From Veleropilina oligotropha (lineage: Eukaryota): 64,000 nucleotides of DNA. The notes beneath the pieces are model-generated. The model saw only the letters and a list, made by a program, of their open reading frames with translations. It was not told where the DNA came from and did not search any database. The stretch covers positions 124,001 to 188,000 of the forward strand of contig JBEUKZ010000047.1 of assembly GCA_048128005.1 (NCBI GenBank), in the 5' to 3' direction. Below are positions 25,023-37,517 of this stretch, one piece after another. Numbering within the stretch: position 1 is the first letter of the stretch; the number at the start of each line of letters is the position of its first letter. The position numbers and the translations under genes are program-made.

Positions 25023-26699
25023 ATCTGATTATGTATGTTTCTTAGAGGCTGCTGCTTTAGGAACATCAGCAGTCTCTTTTGTAGAGTTGCGAGTAGGTTT
25101 GATTGATTTTGATGTTTGAGTTGATTCTGATGATGAAGATGCTAAATTGCTTCGAGATGGCAGAGTACTGAAGAATGCTTCACCATATGGCCAGGTGATA
25201 TCCGTTTGTGTCGAAGAGGATCTAGTGACTGGCTTTTGCTCCGGTGCTGCAGCAATTGCAGCATAGGATTTACCCGAAGTGGTCCTGGATTCAACCAGTT
25301 TCCTGGCATCAGGGAAAGAGATCCGGTGGATAGTTTTGACCGGTTGGATCTCTTTCTCATGCTTCCACTTCGGGCAGTCCTTAGAGTAAGCAAAATGCTT
25401 ACCCTTGCAATTACAGCATAGTGGTGGATTAGAGCAAGAGTCAGACTCGTGACCCTACTCGCTGCAACGTGCACATGCGGAGTTCCTTTTGCATCGGTCC
25501 TTGTGATGCCCAAATGCCTGGCATTTGAAGCATCTCAAGGGGTTTGGAATGTAGGGTGCTACAGGGATGTTGATATATCCAGCTTTCACAGACTTTGGAA
25601 GTACTGGAAGGCGGAATTCCAAGATGATGGTGTTGATGGGGATCTTTTTCCCATCTTTGAACATAGTCAGGCGTGTAACCTTAGTCACACCCTGACTCTT
25701 CATGCCTTCCAGTAATTCTAGTTCACTGCATCCCTGCAGATCCCTAGATCTAATAACTCCCTTGGAGCTGTTTAAAGACCGATGTGGACTGATTTCGACA
25801 GAAATGTTGACGAATTTGTCAGTTCGAAGAAGGTGCTCCGCATGGCGCATTCGACCAGTAGTGAGCCATCTCAAAGTTTCTTAACGGATCGTGGTTCGCC
25901 AGCCAGGCCAAGAATGGCCTTGGAAATGGCGAACGGACTCAGAGAAGTAATTGGAGTCTTAGCATTAAGTGAGGTCACCGTTAAGAAACGGGGCCAGCTT
26001 TCCGGAACAGGAGGTGGAGGATCAGGCTTGTAAGGAGCCTCCTCTTCGGGATCAAATGGAATTGACCGGAAAGCGGCCATAAATGTAACATCATCATCAT
26101 CATCAGAATCAGATATATTTTTTCGCCTTTTTGGTGCGTGAGTTTTGTATTTGTGTGCCATGGTATTATTGTAATGTTTCATCACCCGAGGTCCCCACCC
26201 ACCCCGGAGCCCAACAAGGGGGCATTTAACGGGTGCGGAGTTCCAGCACTCAATACCAGGGATACCCGGGTGATATACTCAAATGGGTTAATGAATGTCG
26301 TGGTGGGAAGTGTATATCCCACCATTCATTACTCACTTAATTGACCCTTCAGCCACCGCCTTCTGGGATATAGATCGATTGATGGTATATGGTCTGTTAT
26401 ATAAAATGTTCTGATCGAAATATATAAATGATGTTGTAATATTAAAATATATTATCCCAGGGCATGGCGTGACAAGCCAATTGATCAGATAGGGCCTATC
26501 TGACCTCCCATCTAGCTGAATCCGAGGCCAAAGTAATGTGTTGCTTCAGCCGAGGCCGAAGCTCAACTACCAGGACCCTCTTTTCCAACATCACGGGTCG
26601 CGACCCACATCAAACAGGTGGCTCCCATTTGGGGGGATCTTACCCCTCTGCAGGGAGACAGTCGGCATATTCTAACCCCTAACCGACTGGGGGGGGGGG
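25023..26699 (-). mobile_element. I/Nimb-like LINE 5' fragment (5' UTR plus most of ORF1, with deletions)
   Basis: ORFs 25871..26185 and 25455..25874; 5' end followed by an 11-G run on the plus strand. Confidence 0.95.
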
Positions 26700-26816
26700 A
26701 TAGCAAATACCAAAATCATCAACAAATAATGAACAGTCGGTGCCAGTACTAATACATTTGACGATACTGTTGATATTAATACTGAATAGGGTGACTGATA
26801 AAATATTTCCTTGAGG
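26700..26816 (-). mobile_element. 117-bp RT-domain fragment of the same LINE
   Basis: Matches the PQG..LFVDDFGICY region (e.g. 39676-39792), with about 7 differences. Confidence 0.9.
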
Positions 26817-29067
26817 TTGAAGTTGAATTGATGTTTAACGACCACGCCGACACAAAAAGGTCATAATCGGGTCAGTCAAGTTGATTTTATAATTTAATAT
26901 AAAATGTTAAAATTTAGATTATATATTTACTAATAAAATACCAATAAAATAAAAAATGTAAATATAATAACAAATCAATATATTTACAAGTGAAATGAAC
27001 AATACAAATTTAGATAAAAACAAATCAATAAAAGGGAGGAAATTAAAATCAATAGGCAAATGTTTTGATAAAAGTAAAGTAAAACGGTAAAAACAAGATA
27101 TATGATTTTAATCAAAGCAAATTTGTGGGATAAAAATATGCAGGTTATAATTTGTAAAATAGATTGGTATCTTTTAAAAAGTGGAATATATGTTCGAGCT
27201 TAAAATTAGTAAACAACTCTTGGAGTGAAATTGCCCTAAAATACTTTCTACGTGCGAGATCCAAATCGACACAATCCAGTAATATATGTTTAATTATTAG
27301 GGCAGTTGCACAAGGAATACACTCAGGTGGATGCTCCCTTTTTAGCAAGTAGGAGTGAGTGTAACGGGTTGCCCAATTCTCAGTCTGGTCAAGACGACCT
27401 CCTCTCGACGAATGAACCTGTAAGAGGGAAGCCATTCGCCAATTAAGGGGCTTGATTGCATGTAATTTATTCCTTGTGCATTCACTCCACGAGTGCTGCC
27501 AAATAGAATTGATATATTTGTTGATGTTTTGTTTAAAATCAGATTGTGGTAATTTACAATTGTGTTTGGTTAATGTGAGCCTGCCTTGGCAGCTTGGTCA
27601 ACCTTTTCATTGCCTTGGATACCGACATGGCTCAGTATCCAGCATAAAATAATATCATTGTCAGGTAAAAGGTCATTGTATTTTAATAAAATGTCCTGAA
27701 CAATGATGTTTCTATTCATCTCCCTCAGTGCTTGTAAGCTAGATAGGGAGTCTGAATAGATAATAAAATGATTGTTGGTACTTGTCGAGATAAAATTAAG
27801 CGCAAGCTCTATTGCTTTTAATTCTGCAGTGAATATAGTCGTGCTGCCTGGCAGACGGTTTTGAAAACATTGTCTGCCAGTAACAGCGGCTGCTCCTACT
27901 AATTCCGCATCTTTTGAACCATCTGTGTATATGCTTGCACGATCTGAATATTTTAATTCCAGATCGTGCACTTTTATGAGATAATCTGATGTGTCTGTGT
28001 TTGATTTTTTTAGTGATGTAAGATGCAGGTCAATTTCCGGTACTTTTAGTGTCCATGGCGGAGTATCCGGAATGTGATTTGTTTCAATTTGACCTAAATG
28101 TATGCTTGAGTTTTCTAGTGCTGGTTTGATGCGGATGCCAAATGGTGCAATTTTGTTTGGTTTTGACTGAAATAGATATTCATTATTTGGTGTAAATACA
28201 GTTTCGAAAGCTGGGTTAAATGGATTTGATTTTAATTTCATTGCATATTGTAGTGATAATGTTTCACGTCTGAGTGTAAGAGATGGTTCATTGGCTTCAA
28301 TATAGAGGTTTTCCATGGGTGATGTGCGGAAAGCCCCTAGGGCAAGTCGAAGCCCTTGATTATGGATTGGATCAAGCATTTTAAGATATGAATGGCGAGC
28401 AGAGCCATATACTATGCTCCCATAATCAAGTTTTGATCTAATTAATGATCTGTATAGTCGCAATAAAACTGTTTCATCAACACCCCATTCAGTAAAATAA
28501 ACTACTTTCATTAAATTCAAAGCATTCTTGCATTTGGCTTTGATATATTTTATATGAGGTATGAAAGTCAGTTTGCGGTCAAATATAGGGCCTAAAAATG
28601 TAAATTGGTCCACCACTGGAATCTCAAAGTCATCCAGTTTTAGCACAGGGTCGTCATGAATTTCACGACGCTGGCACAAATGCATGCATTTAGTTTTGTC
28701 CTTTGAGAATTTAAATCCGTTCTCATCGGACGATGTCTGTAATTTATTTAGGCCATGTTGTAGCTGACGTTCTATACTGTTCATATTTGTTGAACGATAG
28801 CAAATGCCAAAATCGTCAACAAACAATGAACAGTCTGTGCCAGTACTAATACATTTGACGATACTGTTGATCTTAATACTGAAAAGGGTGACTGATAAAA
28901 TACTTCCTTGAGGGACACCCATCTCCTGGTCGTGGATATCGGAGAGGATGTCACCCACCTTGAATTTTGAAATAAAATTGGGCAAGTGGCCCTTCAAACC
29001 AAAATCAAACAAATCCTTCATAATCCCGTACTTCCAAGTAGTGTCGTAGGCCTTCTCTAGATCGAAA
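26817..29067 (-). mobile_element. 5'-truncated LINE copy B (RT C-half, RNase H, 3' UTR)
   Basis: ORFs 27570..29021 and 27145..27435; tail at 26817; 5' junction into R2 with aa microhomology. Confidence 0.95.
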
Positions 29068-29071
29068 AATC

Positions 29072-32029
29072 GTGGCCAACGAAAGGCGGATAAAGGCTCT
29101 AAGGGAGGAGATCGTCCGAAAGCGAGATGCTCGGGCCGGCCAATTGTCCGAGCGGGCAGGGGGAGGACAGCACCCTACTGTCAGATCGAAGATATTCTCT
29201 CCGGAGGATGATCGGCTTATCATGGAACTGAACACCAAACTTGTTGGGGATAGGTCAATCAACATGAAGATTGCTGAATTCTTTCCAGGAAGATCAGCCA
29301 AACAAGTGGGTACTAGATGCGCTGGTCTCGGCCTCACTAAGACGAGACATATTGAGATGGAACCCGAACCGGTCAAACCAAATGAAGCACCAACAAAGGT
29401 GCAGCAGCCCAAGTCCATCATGGATAAAGATGCTTTCCATGAGGCCGTTTGCAAAAACGGTAAAGGCTACCTGGTCTCGAAGAGTGCGTTAATCCTAACT
29501 AGTGCGGCAGATGGGGAATATGATGAGTGATATGGACGCTCTTCTTGGCAGCCTGATCACTGAGTGCAAAACGAGTGCGCCTAAGCGGAAACCGAAAGTC
29601 AAAAGCACCAGGATGAAACAGGGCAATCCCGTGGGCGATAAAGCCAAGGAGAAGGCGTCAAAATATCACAGCCACCAATACCTGTTCCAAGAGAACAGGA
29701 CAGGGTTGGCTAAGATCATCCTCGATCAAAAAGAGCTCGACACGAAATGTGACCTCGATCCTGTTGACGTGGAAAGCACGTACAGAGCTCGTTTTGGGGG
29801 CGAGTCACAACCGGTCAACCTCGATCCGTATCCGGTTCCACATCCAGTAGACAACGCTAAGCTATGTAAACCCATTAAGGTCGGAGAGGTTACGCGCGTG
29901 CTAGCCCGGGCTAAAAAGGACTTGGCCAAAGGTCCTGATAGTATTGGCTTAAGAACGGTGATCAGGAGCGAAGTGGCTGTTCTTGACTAACATGTTCAAC
30001 ACTTGGCTGTGCACAGCAAAAATCCCGTCAGTGGTGAAGGAGAATCGATCTATCCTTCTTCCAAAGACCTCGGAAGGCCTCGAGGACGTTAACAACTGGA
30101 GACCACTGACAATCAGTTCGGTACTGCTAAGACTATACACCAGCGTTATAGCTCGAAGAGTACTAGAGTCTTTCGACCTGAATGAAAGACAGAGGGGATT
30201 TATAGCGGCACCGGGCTGTGCGGAGAACAACTACCTGCTCGAGCGAGTGATAGAACATGCTAAAAAGAACAGAAACCCCCTTTGTGTCGCGTTTCTTGAT
30301 CTGGCGAAGGCCTTTGGCACGGTCTCGCACCTGCACCTTGTTGCAGGTCTTGAACGTTTCCAAACTGACAGTCATTTTATCGAGGTAGTCAAGGATTTAT
30401 ATCACGATGCCTCTACCGTTTTCGTGACCGAGAAGGGCAAAACGGGAAAGATCCCAATGACACGAGGCGTTAAACAGGGAGACCCTCTGTCACCGTTGCT
30501 GTTCAACATTGCCATGGACCCTCTATTGGCAATGATCTCGGAACAGAAAAATGGCTATAAGTTCGGTGATGAATTGGACGATCTCATCGAGGCCCTAGCT
30601 TATGCAGATGACAATGCGTTGATCACGAGTTCGCCAGGAGATATGTCGACTAATTTGGACCTTGTCGACGACTTCTGTCAGGCGACTGGTATGCGACTCA
30701 ATGTGAGAAAATCGGCCACTTTCTACATCAAGCCGGCAGGGAAGAACACTTTTAGTGTTAATGACTTCACGGAACCCCTAGTAATAGGGGGAGAGGAGGT
30801 ACCCCTTATTGGCCCAGAGGATACTACCAAGTATCTTGGCAGTAAGGTGAGCCCATGGGTCACCAAAGTCAAAAGGAAGGTGGTCAGCCTATTACGAGGC
30901 ATGCTGATGAGTATAGATAAGGCTTCGCTCAAGCCGCGGCAAAAGCTTGTTATGCTCACCATGTATGCGCTCCCGAGGATAACCTACCCGTTGATGATGG
31001 AAAAATACCCGAAAGGGGTATTACTGGATCTAGATCACATGGTCAGAAGACATGTGAGGAAGTGGTTCTCACTTCCTGAATGTTCTGCAAACGCTTTCCT
31101 GTACACGCAGAAAACCAAAGGGGGCCTCGGCCTTCCGGAGTTTGTTAGTAGTGTACCGGCGGGGCGGATGAACCTGCTTAACAGCATCACCCACAGCAAA
31201 GACCCCAAGATCCGAAGGATGTGTGAGGTGATGCGTACGAATGACGAGATCATGTCATATGCCACTAAGTCAGGAATTCTGCCACCAAAGGGGGCGAAGG
31301 GTAAAGCGAACTGGCGAAAGGTTGCAATCAAGGACTGGTCCGATCTGAGCTGTGCAGGCAAAAGGGAGGAACTACCTGAGTAGGAGGGAGGCAAACTCCT
31401 GGCTAGATCCGGCCCGTGTATTCCTGTCCGAGAGCGAGTTTATCATGGCGATTAAACTTAGAACAGATACGTTCCCATGTAGAGCAACACTGGCCTGCGC
31501 GGGGCGTCCGTCGGATGCACTCTGTCATCACTGTGGACTAACGACAGAGACAGTGGGGCATATATCGGGACACTGTCCGAAGGTTAAAGCGTATCGGATA
31601 AAACGTCATAACATGATTGTGGATGCCCTGGCCAACAAGTGCCAGAGTGTAGGTTGGGTCGTATGCTACGAACCTCGTATTCGTGATGAAACTGGAAGGA
31701 ACTGGAAGCCTGACCTGGTTATGACAAAAGAGGGCACAGCAATGGTCATTGATCCGACTGTTGTGTATGAATCCGGCCGTTCACTCTGCATAGCAAATGC
31801 TGCGAAGGTACGGAAATATGCACATCTGGTGGATCAAATCAAAGCCCGTTTTGGTGCTGAATCAGTCACAGTATGTGGACTGGCTGTCGGCTGTCGGGGA
31901 GGATGGACAGCTGACAACTCGCGAACCTTGAGAAAGCTAGGAATCCGAGATCGGGGGTTCGCAGACCATCTAGCAAGGCTAGCACTCAAGGGTACCATAA
32001 ACCTCCTCCATCTGTTTATGGACTTATAA
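29072..32029 (+). pseudogene. R2-type ORF (Myb, RT, CCHC, restriction-like endonuclease), 3 frameshifts
   Basis: WRPLTI, QRGF, FLDLAKAF, GVKQGDPLSPLLFN, AYADD, KYLG, GGLG, CHHCG..ETVGHISGHC, RHN, KPDLV, KVRKY. Confidence 0.93.
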
Positions 32030-32380
32030 GCCGAGCCCGAGGGACTGGGGCCAGCTGTGACACTGATCGTGTACATATGTTAGCGCCGTTGCGCTTTTGA
32101 TCGTATTCATCCATTTTCCTGTACGTTGTTCCGAATAAAGGCAAAAGCCATGTGCCGTATATGTGTCCGATTCGAGCTCAACAGGGCCTTATACTTACCC
32201 GAATCGCTGGGTAAGTGGATAAGGGCGGCTACATGGCCAGAAGCTAAGGGCCACCACACCCTTGGCTGAGGTCGGAATAGCCACGGTGGGGTAGTACGAT
32301 CATAACGAACATCTCGTAGATCCGTGGTGTTGAACGTAGGCCCACATGGGGCGGAAACATGACACGGACTACGAACGCAA

Positions 32381-32463
32381 GATTCTATGTGTTCTCTTCC
32401 TCTAATAGCAACCTCCCCGTGGTGTGAGTCGTGAGTAAGTCGAAAGACCAAAACAAATCGCTA
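32381..32463 (+). ncRNA. Candidate HDV-like self-cleaving ribozyme at the R2 unit junction
   Basis: Manual fold: P3 acc/ggt around L3 tccccgt; P1' gtgagtc against gattc(t)at; P4 gtc-GAAA-gac; J4/2 caaat; P2 tagc/gcta with one A-C mismatch. P1 needs a bulge. Confidence 0.45.
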
Positions 32464-32633
32464 CCAGCAAATTATCTCAGTAAGCATCCGGCTCTACCTG
32501 ATCGATAATATGACTATCTTGGATACACCCAGAGATATGCAGCAGTCGGCACCCTGCTATAAAAAGCGCCGGGGGAAGGTCCCAGCTGGCCAACCCCATT
32601 GACTCGAGTCCGGAACGTGGAAGGGGACTAGGA

Positions 32634-33450
32634 ATGGCAGCCCACCACCTAGTAGCCCAACCACGAGAGATAGGGAAGCTATCGTGCGGTACATACCTGA
32701 CATGGTATTCACGCGGAGTTGCATTTACGTCAATCAGGTCCTGGTTCGTCCAGGTAACCTCCCGGATTGGCTGGGTGTCGACTTCAGCACGACGGATTTC
32801 GAGCCTTCGGAAGGCATACCAATTGAAACCATGGAGGGCGGTGACTCCACCTTCACCATTATTGTACCCTTATCGAGAACATACTTGTGCGGCCTGTCGG
32901 GAATCATTCATCGATCCCCAGGCTCTGATGAATCATATGGAGGACAGACACTCTAATGAATTCATCAGGTTCATGTGCCGCCTATGTCGTAAAACTCTTC
33001 CATCCCTGAAAGGCATTGCCATCCATCACGGCAAATGCAGAAAGGGCCTCGTACGACCCGCTGATGAAACTGCAACACCGGAGCGATCGTTCCTATGTCC
33101 GTGTGAGAACTGCAGCCAGTCCTTTGAAACGAAGGTAGGACTGGGTCAGCACATCCGCCATCGCCACCCAATCGTGGCGAACGAAAGGCGGATAAAGGCT
33201 CTAAGGGAGGAGATCGTCCGAAAGCGAGATGCTCGGGCCACCCAATTGTCCGAGCGGGCAGGGGGAGGACAGCACCCTACTGTCAGATCGAAGATATTCT
33301 CTCCGGAGGATGATCGGCTTATCATGGAACTGAACACCCAACTTGTTGGGGATAGGTCAATCAACATGAAGATTGCTGAATTCTTTCCAGGAAGATCAGC
33401 CAAACAAGTGGGTACTAGATGCGCTGGTCTCGGCCTCACTAAGACGAGAC
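32634..33450 (+). pseudogene. R2-type ORF N-terminus: CCHH, CCHC, CCHH zinc fingers plus Myb; cut by LINE copy C
   Basis: CAACRESF..HMEDRH; CRLCRKTL..HHGKC; CENCSQSF..HIRHRH; FSPEDDRLIMEL..FPGRSAKQV. Confidence 0.9.
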
Positions 33451-33782
33451 TGATTTGATTTGATTTGATTTGATGTTTAACGACCACGCCGACACTAATG
33501 GTCATAATCGGGTCGGTCAAGTTAATTATACAATAGTTTAATATAAAAGGTTAAAAGTTGAGATATATATTTACTAATAAAATATCAATGCAATAAAACA
33601 TATGTGATAAATAATAAAAACAATTCAATATATTTACAAGTAAAATAAACACAATGCAAATTTGGATAAAAATAAGATCAAATGTTTGCTAAAAACGAGT
33701 ATAATAATAAAATAGTATAATAATAAAATAAAAGAAATTTATGTAGAATTTAGTCATAAAGGAAATAAAAGTATAAATAAAA

Positions 33783-36700
33783 TTATAACTTATGGAAAAT
33801 ATTTACCTGTTTTAAAAATTCGAATACGGCTTCGAGCTTATTAAGATTAAATAACTCTTGGAGTGAATTTGCCCTAAAATACCTTTGTCGTGCGAGATCC
33901 AAATTGACACAATCCAATAATATATGTTTAATTGTTAGGGCAGTTGCACAAGGAATACACTCAGGTGGAGGCTCCCCTTTAAGCAAGTAGGAGTGAGTGT
34001 AGTGAGAATGCCCAATTCTCAGTCTGGCCAAGACGACCTCCTCTCGCCGAGATGGCCTGCAAGAGGGTCCCCAGTCACCAAGAAGAGGTTGGACATTCTG
34101 CAGTTTATTCCTTGTGCATTCACTCCAAGAGTGCTGCCAAGTAGAATTTATATATTTGTTTATGCTTTGTTTAAAATCTGAGTGTGGTAGTTTACAATTT
34201 AGTATATTGTTAAAATGTGAGGCTGCCTTGGCAGCTTGGTCAGCCTTCTCATTGCCTTGGATACCGATATGGCTCGGTATCCAGCATAAAACAATGTCAT
34301 TGTCAGGTAAAAGGTTGTTATAGTTTAATAACATTTCCTGAACAATAACATTTCTATTCATCTCCCTCAGTGCTTGCAAGCTAGAGAGGGAGTCTGAATA
34401 GATAATAAAACGCCGTTTAGTACTTGTAGAGATAAAATTAAGAGCAAGATCAATTGCTTTTAGTTCTGCAGTATATATAGTCGCGCTGCCTGGCAGTCGG
34501 TTTTGAAAACATTGTCTGCCAGTGACAGCGGCTGCTCCTACTAATTCTGCATCTTTTGAACCATCTGTGTATATGCTTGCACGATCTGAATATTTCAATT
34601 TCAGATCGTGCACTTTTGTGAGATAATCTGATGTGTCTGTGTTTGATTTTTTGAGTGATGTAAGTTGTAGATCAATTACCGGTACTTTTAGTGTCCATGG
34701 TGGAGTATCCGGAATGTGATTTGTTTTAATTTGACCTACATGTATGCCTGCGTTTTCTAGTGCTGGTTTTATGCGGATGCCAAACGGTGCAATTTTGTTT
34801 GGTTTTGCCTGAAATAGATTTTCGTAATTTGGTGTATAGACATTTTCGAAAGCTGGGTTAGATGGATTTGATTTTAATTTTATTGCATATTGTAGTGATA
34901 ATTTTTCGCGTCTGAGTGTAAGAGATGGTTCATTGGCTTCGACATAGAGGCTTTCCATGGGTGATGTGCGAAAAGCCCCTAATGCAAGTCGAAGCCCTTG
35001 ATTATGGATTGGATCAAGCATTTTAAGATATGAATGGCGAGCAGAGCCATATACTATGCTCCCATAATCAAGTTTTGATCTAATTAATGATCTATATAGT
35101 CGTAATAAAACTGTTTTATCAGCACCCCATTCAGTATTAGAAAATACTTTCATTATATTTAAAGCCTTTTTGCATTTGGCTTTGATGTATTTTATATGAG
35201 GTATGAAAGTCAGTTTGCGGTCAAATATAAGGCCTAAAAATTTAAATTGGTCCACCACTGGAATCTCAAAGTCATCCAGTTTTAGCACAGGGTCATCATG
35301 AATTTCACGACGCTGGCAGAAGTGCATGCATTTAGTTTTGTCCTTTGAGAATTTAAATCCATTCTCATCGGACCATGTCTGTAATTTATTTAGGCCATGT
35401 TGTAGCTGGTGTTCTATACTGTTCATATTTGTTGAACGATAGCAAATGCCAAAATCGTCAACAAATAATGAACAGTCAGTGCCAGCACTAATACATTTGA
35501 CGATACTGTTTATTTTAATACTGAATAGGGTGACTGATAAAATGCTTCCTTGAGGGACACCCATCTCCTGGTCGTGGATATCGGAGAGGGTGTCACCCAC
35601 CTTGACTTTAAAATTTCTATCCTCAAGGAATTTCGAAATAAAATTGGGCAAGTGGCCCTTTAAACCAAAATCAAACAAATCCTTCATAATCCCGTACTTC
35701 CAAGTAGTGTCGTAGGCCTTCTCTAGATCGAAAAAAATAGCAACTAAATGTTGTCTGTTTAGGAAGGCCTCACGAACAAAAGTTTCCAGACGTACCAAGT
35801 GATCTGTGGTGCTCCGGTTGCGCCGGAACCCACATTGATGTTCTGTAAGTAAATTATTTGATTCTAAGTACCAAACTAATCTCTCGTTTATCATCCGTTC
35901 CATGGTTTTACAAATACAACTCGTCAGGGCTATGGGTCGATAACTGTTAGGATGTGATGTATCTTTTCCCGCCTTTGCAATTGGGATAATAATAGCCTCC
36001 CTCCACGAGGAAGGGAAGGTTCCGGTTTCCCAGATAGTATTGAATATTGCAAGTAGAGTTGTAAGTGATGTTCCGGGTAAATGCTTAAGTAATTGATAGT
36101 GAATGTCATCAGGGCCAACCGATGTGTCATGTGCCTTGTTTAGTGAATCTGTGAGTTCCTTGTGTGAAAATGGCTGGTTGTATGACTCTGTATTGTTTGA
36201 TCTAAAATTGAGCCTTGTTTTTTCTTTTTGGTGTTTAAAACGGCTGAATTTTGGAGTGCAGTTGTCGGACGATGAATTGGCAGAAAATGTGTCTGCCAAG
36301 GTATTTGCGATGTCTTTAGCTGTGTCTGCTTCTGAATTGTTTGTTTTAAGGTGCTTGATGCAGTTGGGTGTATGTTTGCCACTAATTTTACGGATCATAT
36401 CCCATGTTTTTTTAATAGTGGAACGAGAGTTTAGTTTGGTAACGTAGGAATGCCAGGATTCCCTTTTGCTGTGCTTGATGGTACGTCTGGCTTGTGCTCT
36501 TAATAGCCTAAAGCTATTAAGATTTTGTAGTGTTGGGTGCTGTTTAAATGTTGAAATTGCGTGTATGCGTGCTTTGATTGCTTGTCTGCAGTCTTCATTA
36601 AACCAAGGTTTATTTTTGTGCTTGGCATTTGGACAGGTCTTTGGAATTGAGAGTGTTGCAATGTCATGTAGTGTTGTAGAGAAACTTGATATTGGGTCTT

Positions 36701-37459
36701 CGCCATGAGTGAGTTGATTAGAGTGTAATTGCTCTTCGCAAAGAGATTGGAATTTCCCCCAATCTGCTTTGCGAAGTTTCCACCTTTTTGTATGTTCTTG
36801 TGCTTGGTTAATTGTGCTTTCCAGGAAAATTGGTCGCTTCCGTGGAGGTCCTCACCAACTTTCCATGTAAAGTCCAGGAAAGCAGATGGGTCGCACATGG
36901 TAAGGTCAATAGTGGTAAGTGAGCCTGTAGGTGGATGCATGTATGTTGGCGATTTGGTAGTGTTAAATAGACACAAATTGTGTCTCCCAATAAAGTCCTC
37001 TATTTGATGTCCCCGTTTATCAGTGTCAGTACCGCCCCAATCGGTACTATGGGCGTTAAAATCGCCACACAGTAGAAATGGGGTCGGTAGCTGATCTATG
37101 AGATCGTCAAGGTCAGTAGGTCGTAAGTTTATACGTGGTGGTAAGTACACCGAGCAAATAGTTATTACTCGGTGAACCGATATTTTCAACGCTACTGCCT
37201 GTAAGTTGGTGTTTAATTTGACCTGGCTGTGTGGTGTTTTGTTGTTGATGATGATTGAAACCCCCCCTGTAGCCTTGTCAACTGTGGTGACAATGTGATT
37301 ATATAGTGAGTGATCTTTAATGCGTATGTTGTCTGTGAGTTTCATGTAAGTTTCATTGAGACAAAATGCGGTTGGTTTGTGTTCTTGTATTAATAGACTA
37401 ATCTCATCAATATTGGGTTTAATGCCTCTACAATTCCATTGTATTATGGTGCCTGACAT
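33783..37459 (-). pseudogene. Copy C ORF2 (frameshifts after APE; RT-RNase H part open for 871 aa)
   Basis: ORFs 36500..37459 and 33783..36398. Confidence 0.95.
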
Positions 37460-37517
37460 GTTGGTTTAATGGTGTGTGTATTAAGTGATTTGCTTGTAAT
37501 GTTAAGTTTAAATTTGC

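Larger units (their letters stand above)
29068..33450 (+). mobile_element. R2-clade (R2-A-type) non-LTR retrotransposon in head-to-tail arrangement: 5'-truncated unit followed by the 5' part of the next unit
   Basis: Myb, RT and RLE domains at 29072-32029, then UTR, then zinc fingers and Myb at 32634-33450. 29068-29348 repeats at 33170-33450 (4 substitutions); period 4102 bp. Confidence 0.9.

Noticed and set aside
32144..32156. 28S R2 target remnant (aagccatgtgcc vs tagccaaatgcc)
   Set aside because: Only 9/12 identity, no further rRNA sequence, and the segment is part of a local stem.
32191..32200. U1 snRNA 5' end (atacttacc)
   Set aside because: The match stops after 9 nt and is one arm of a hairpin.
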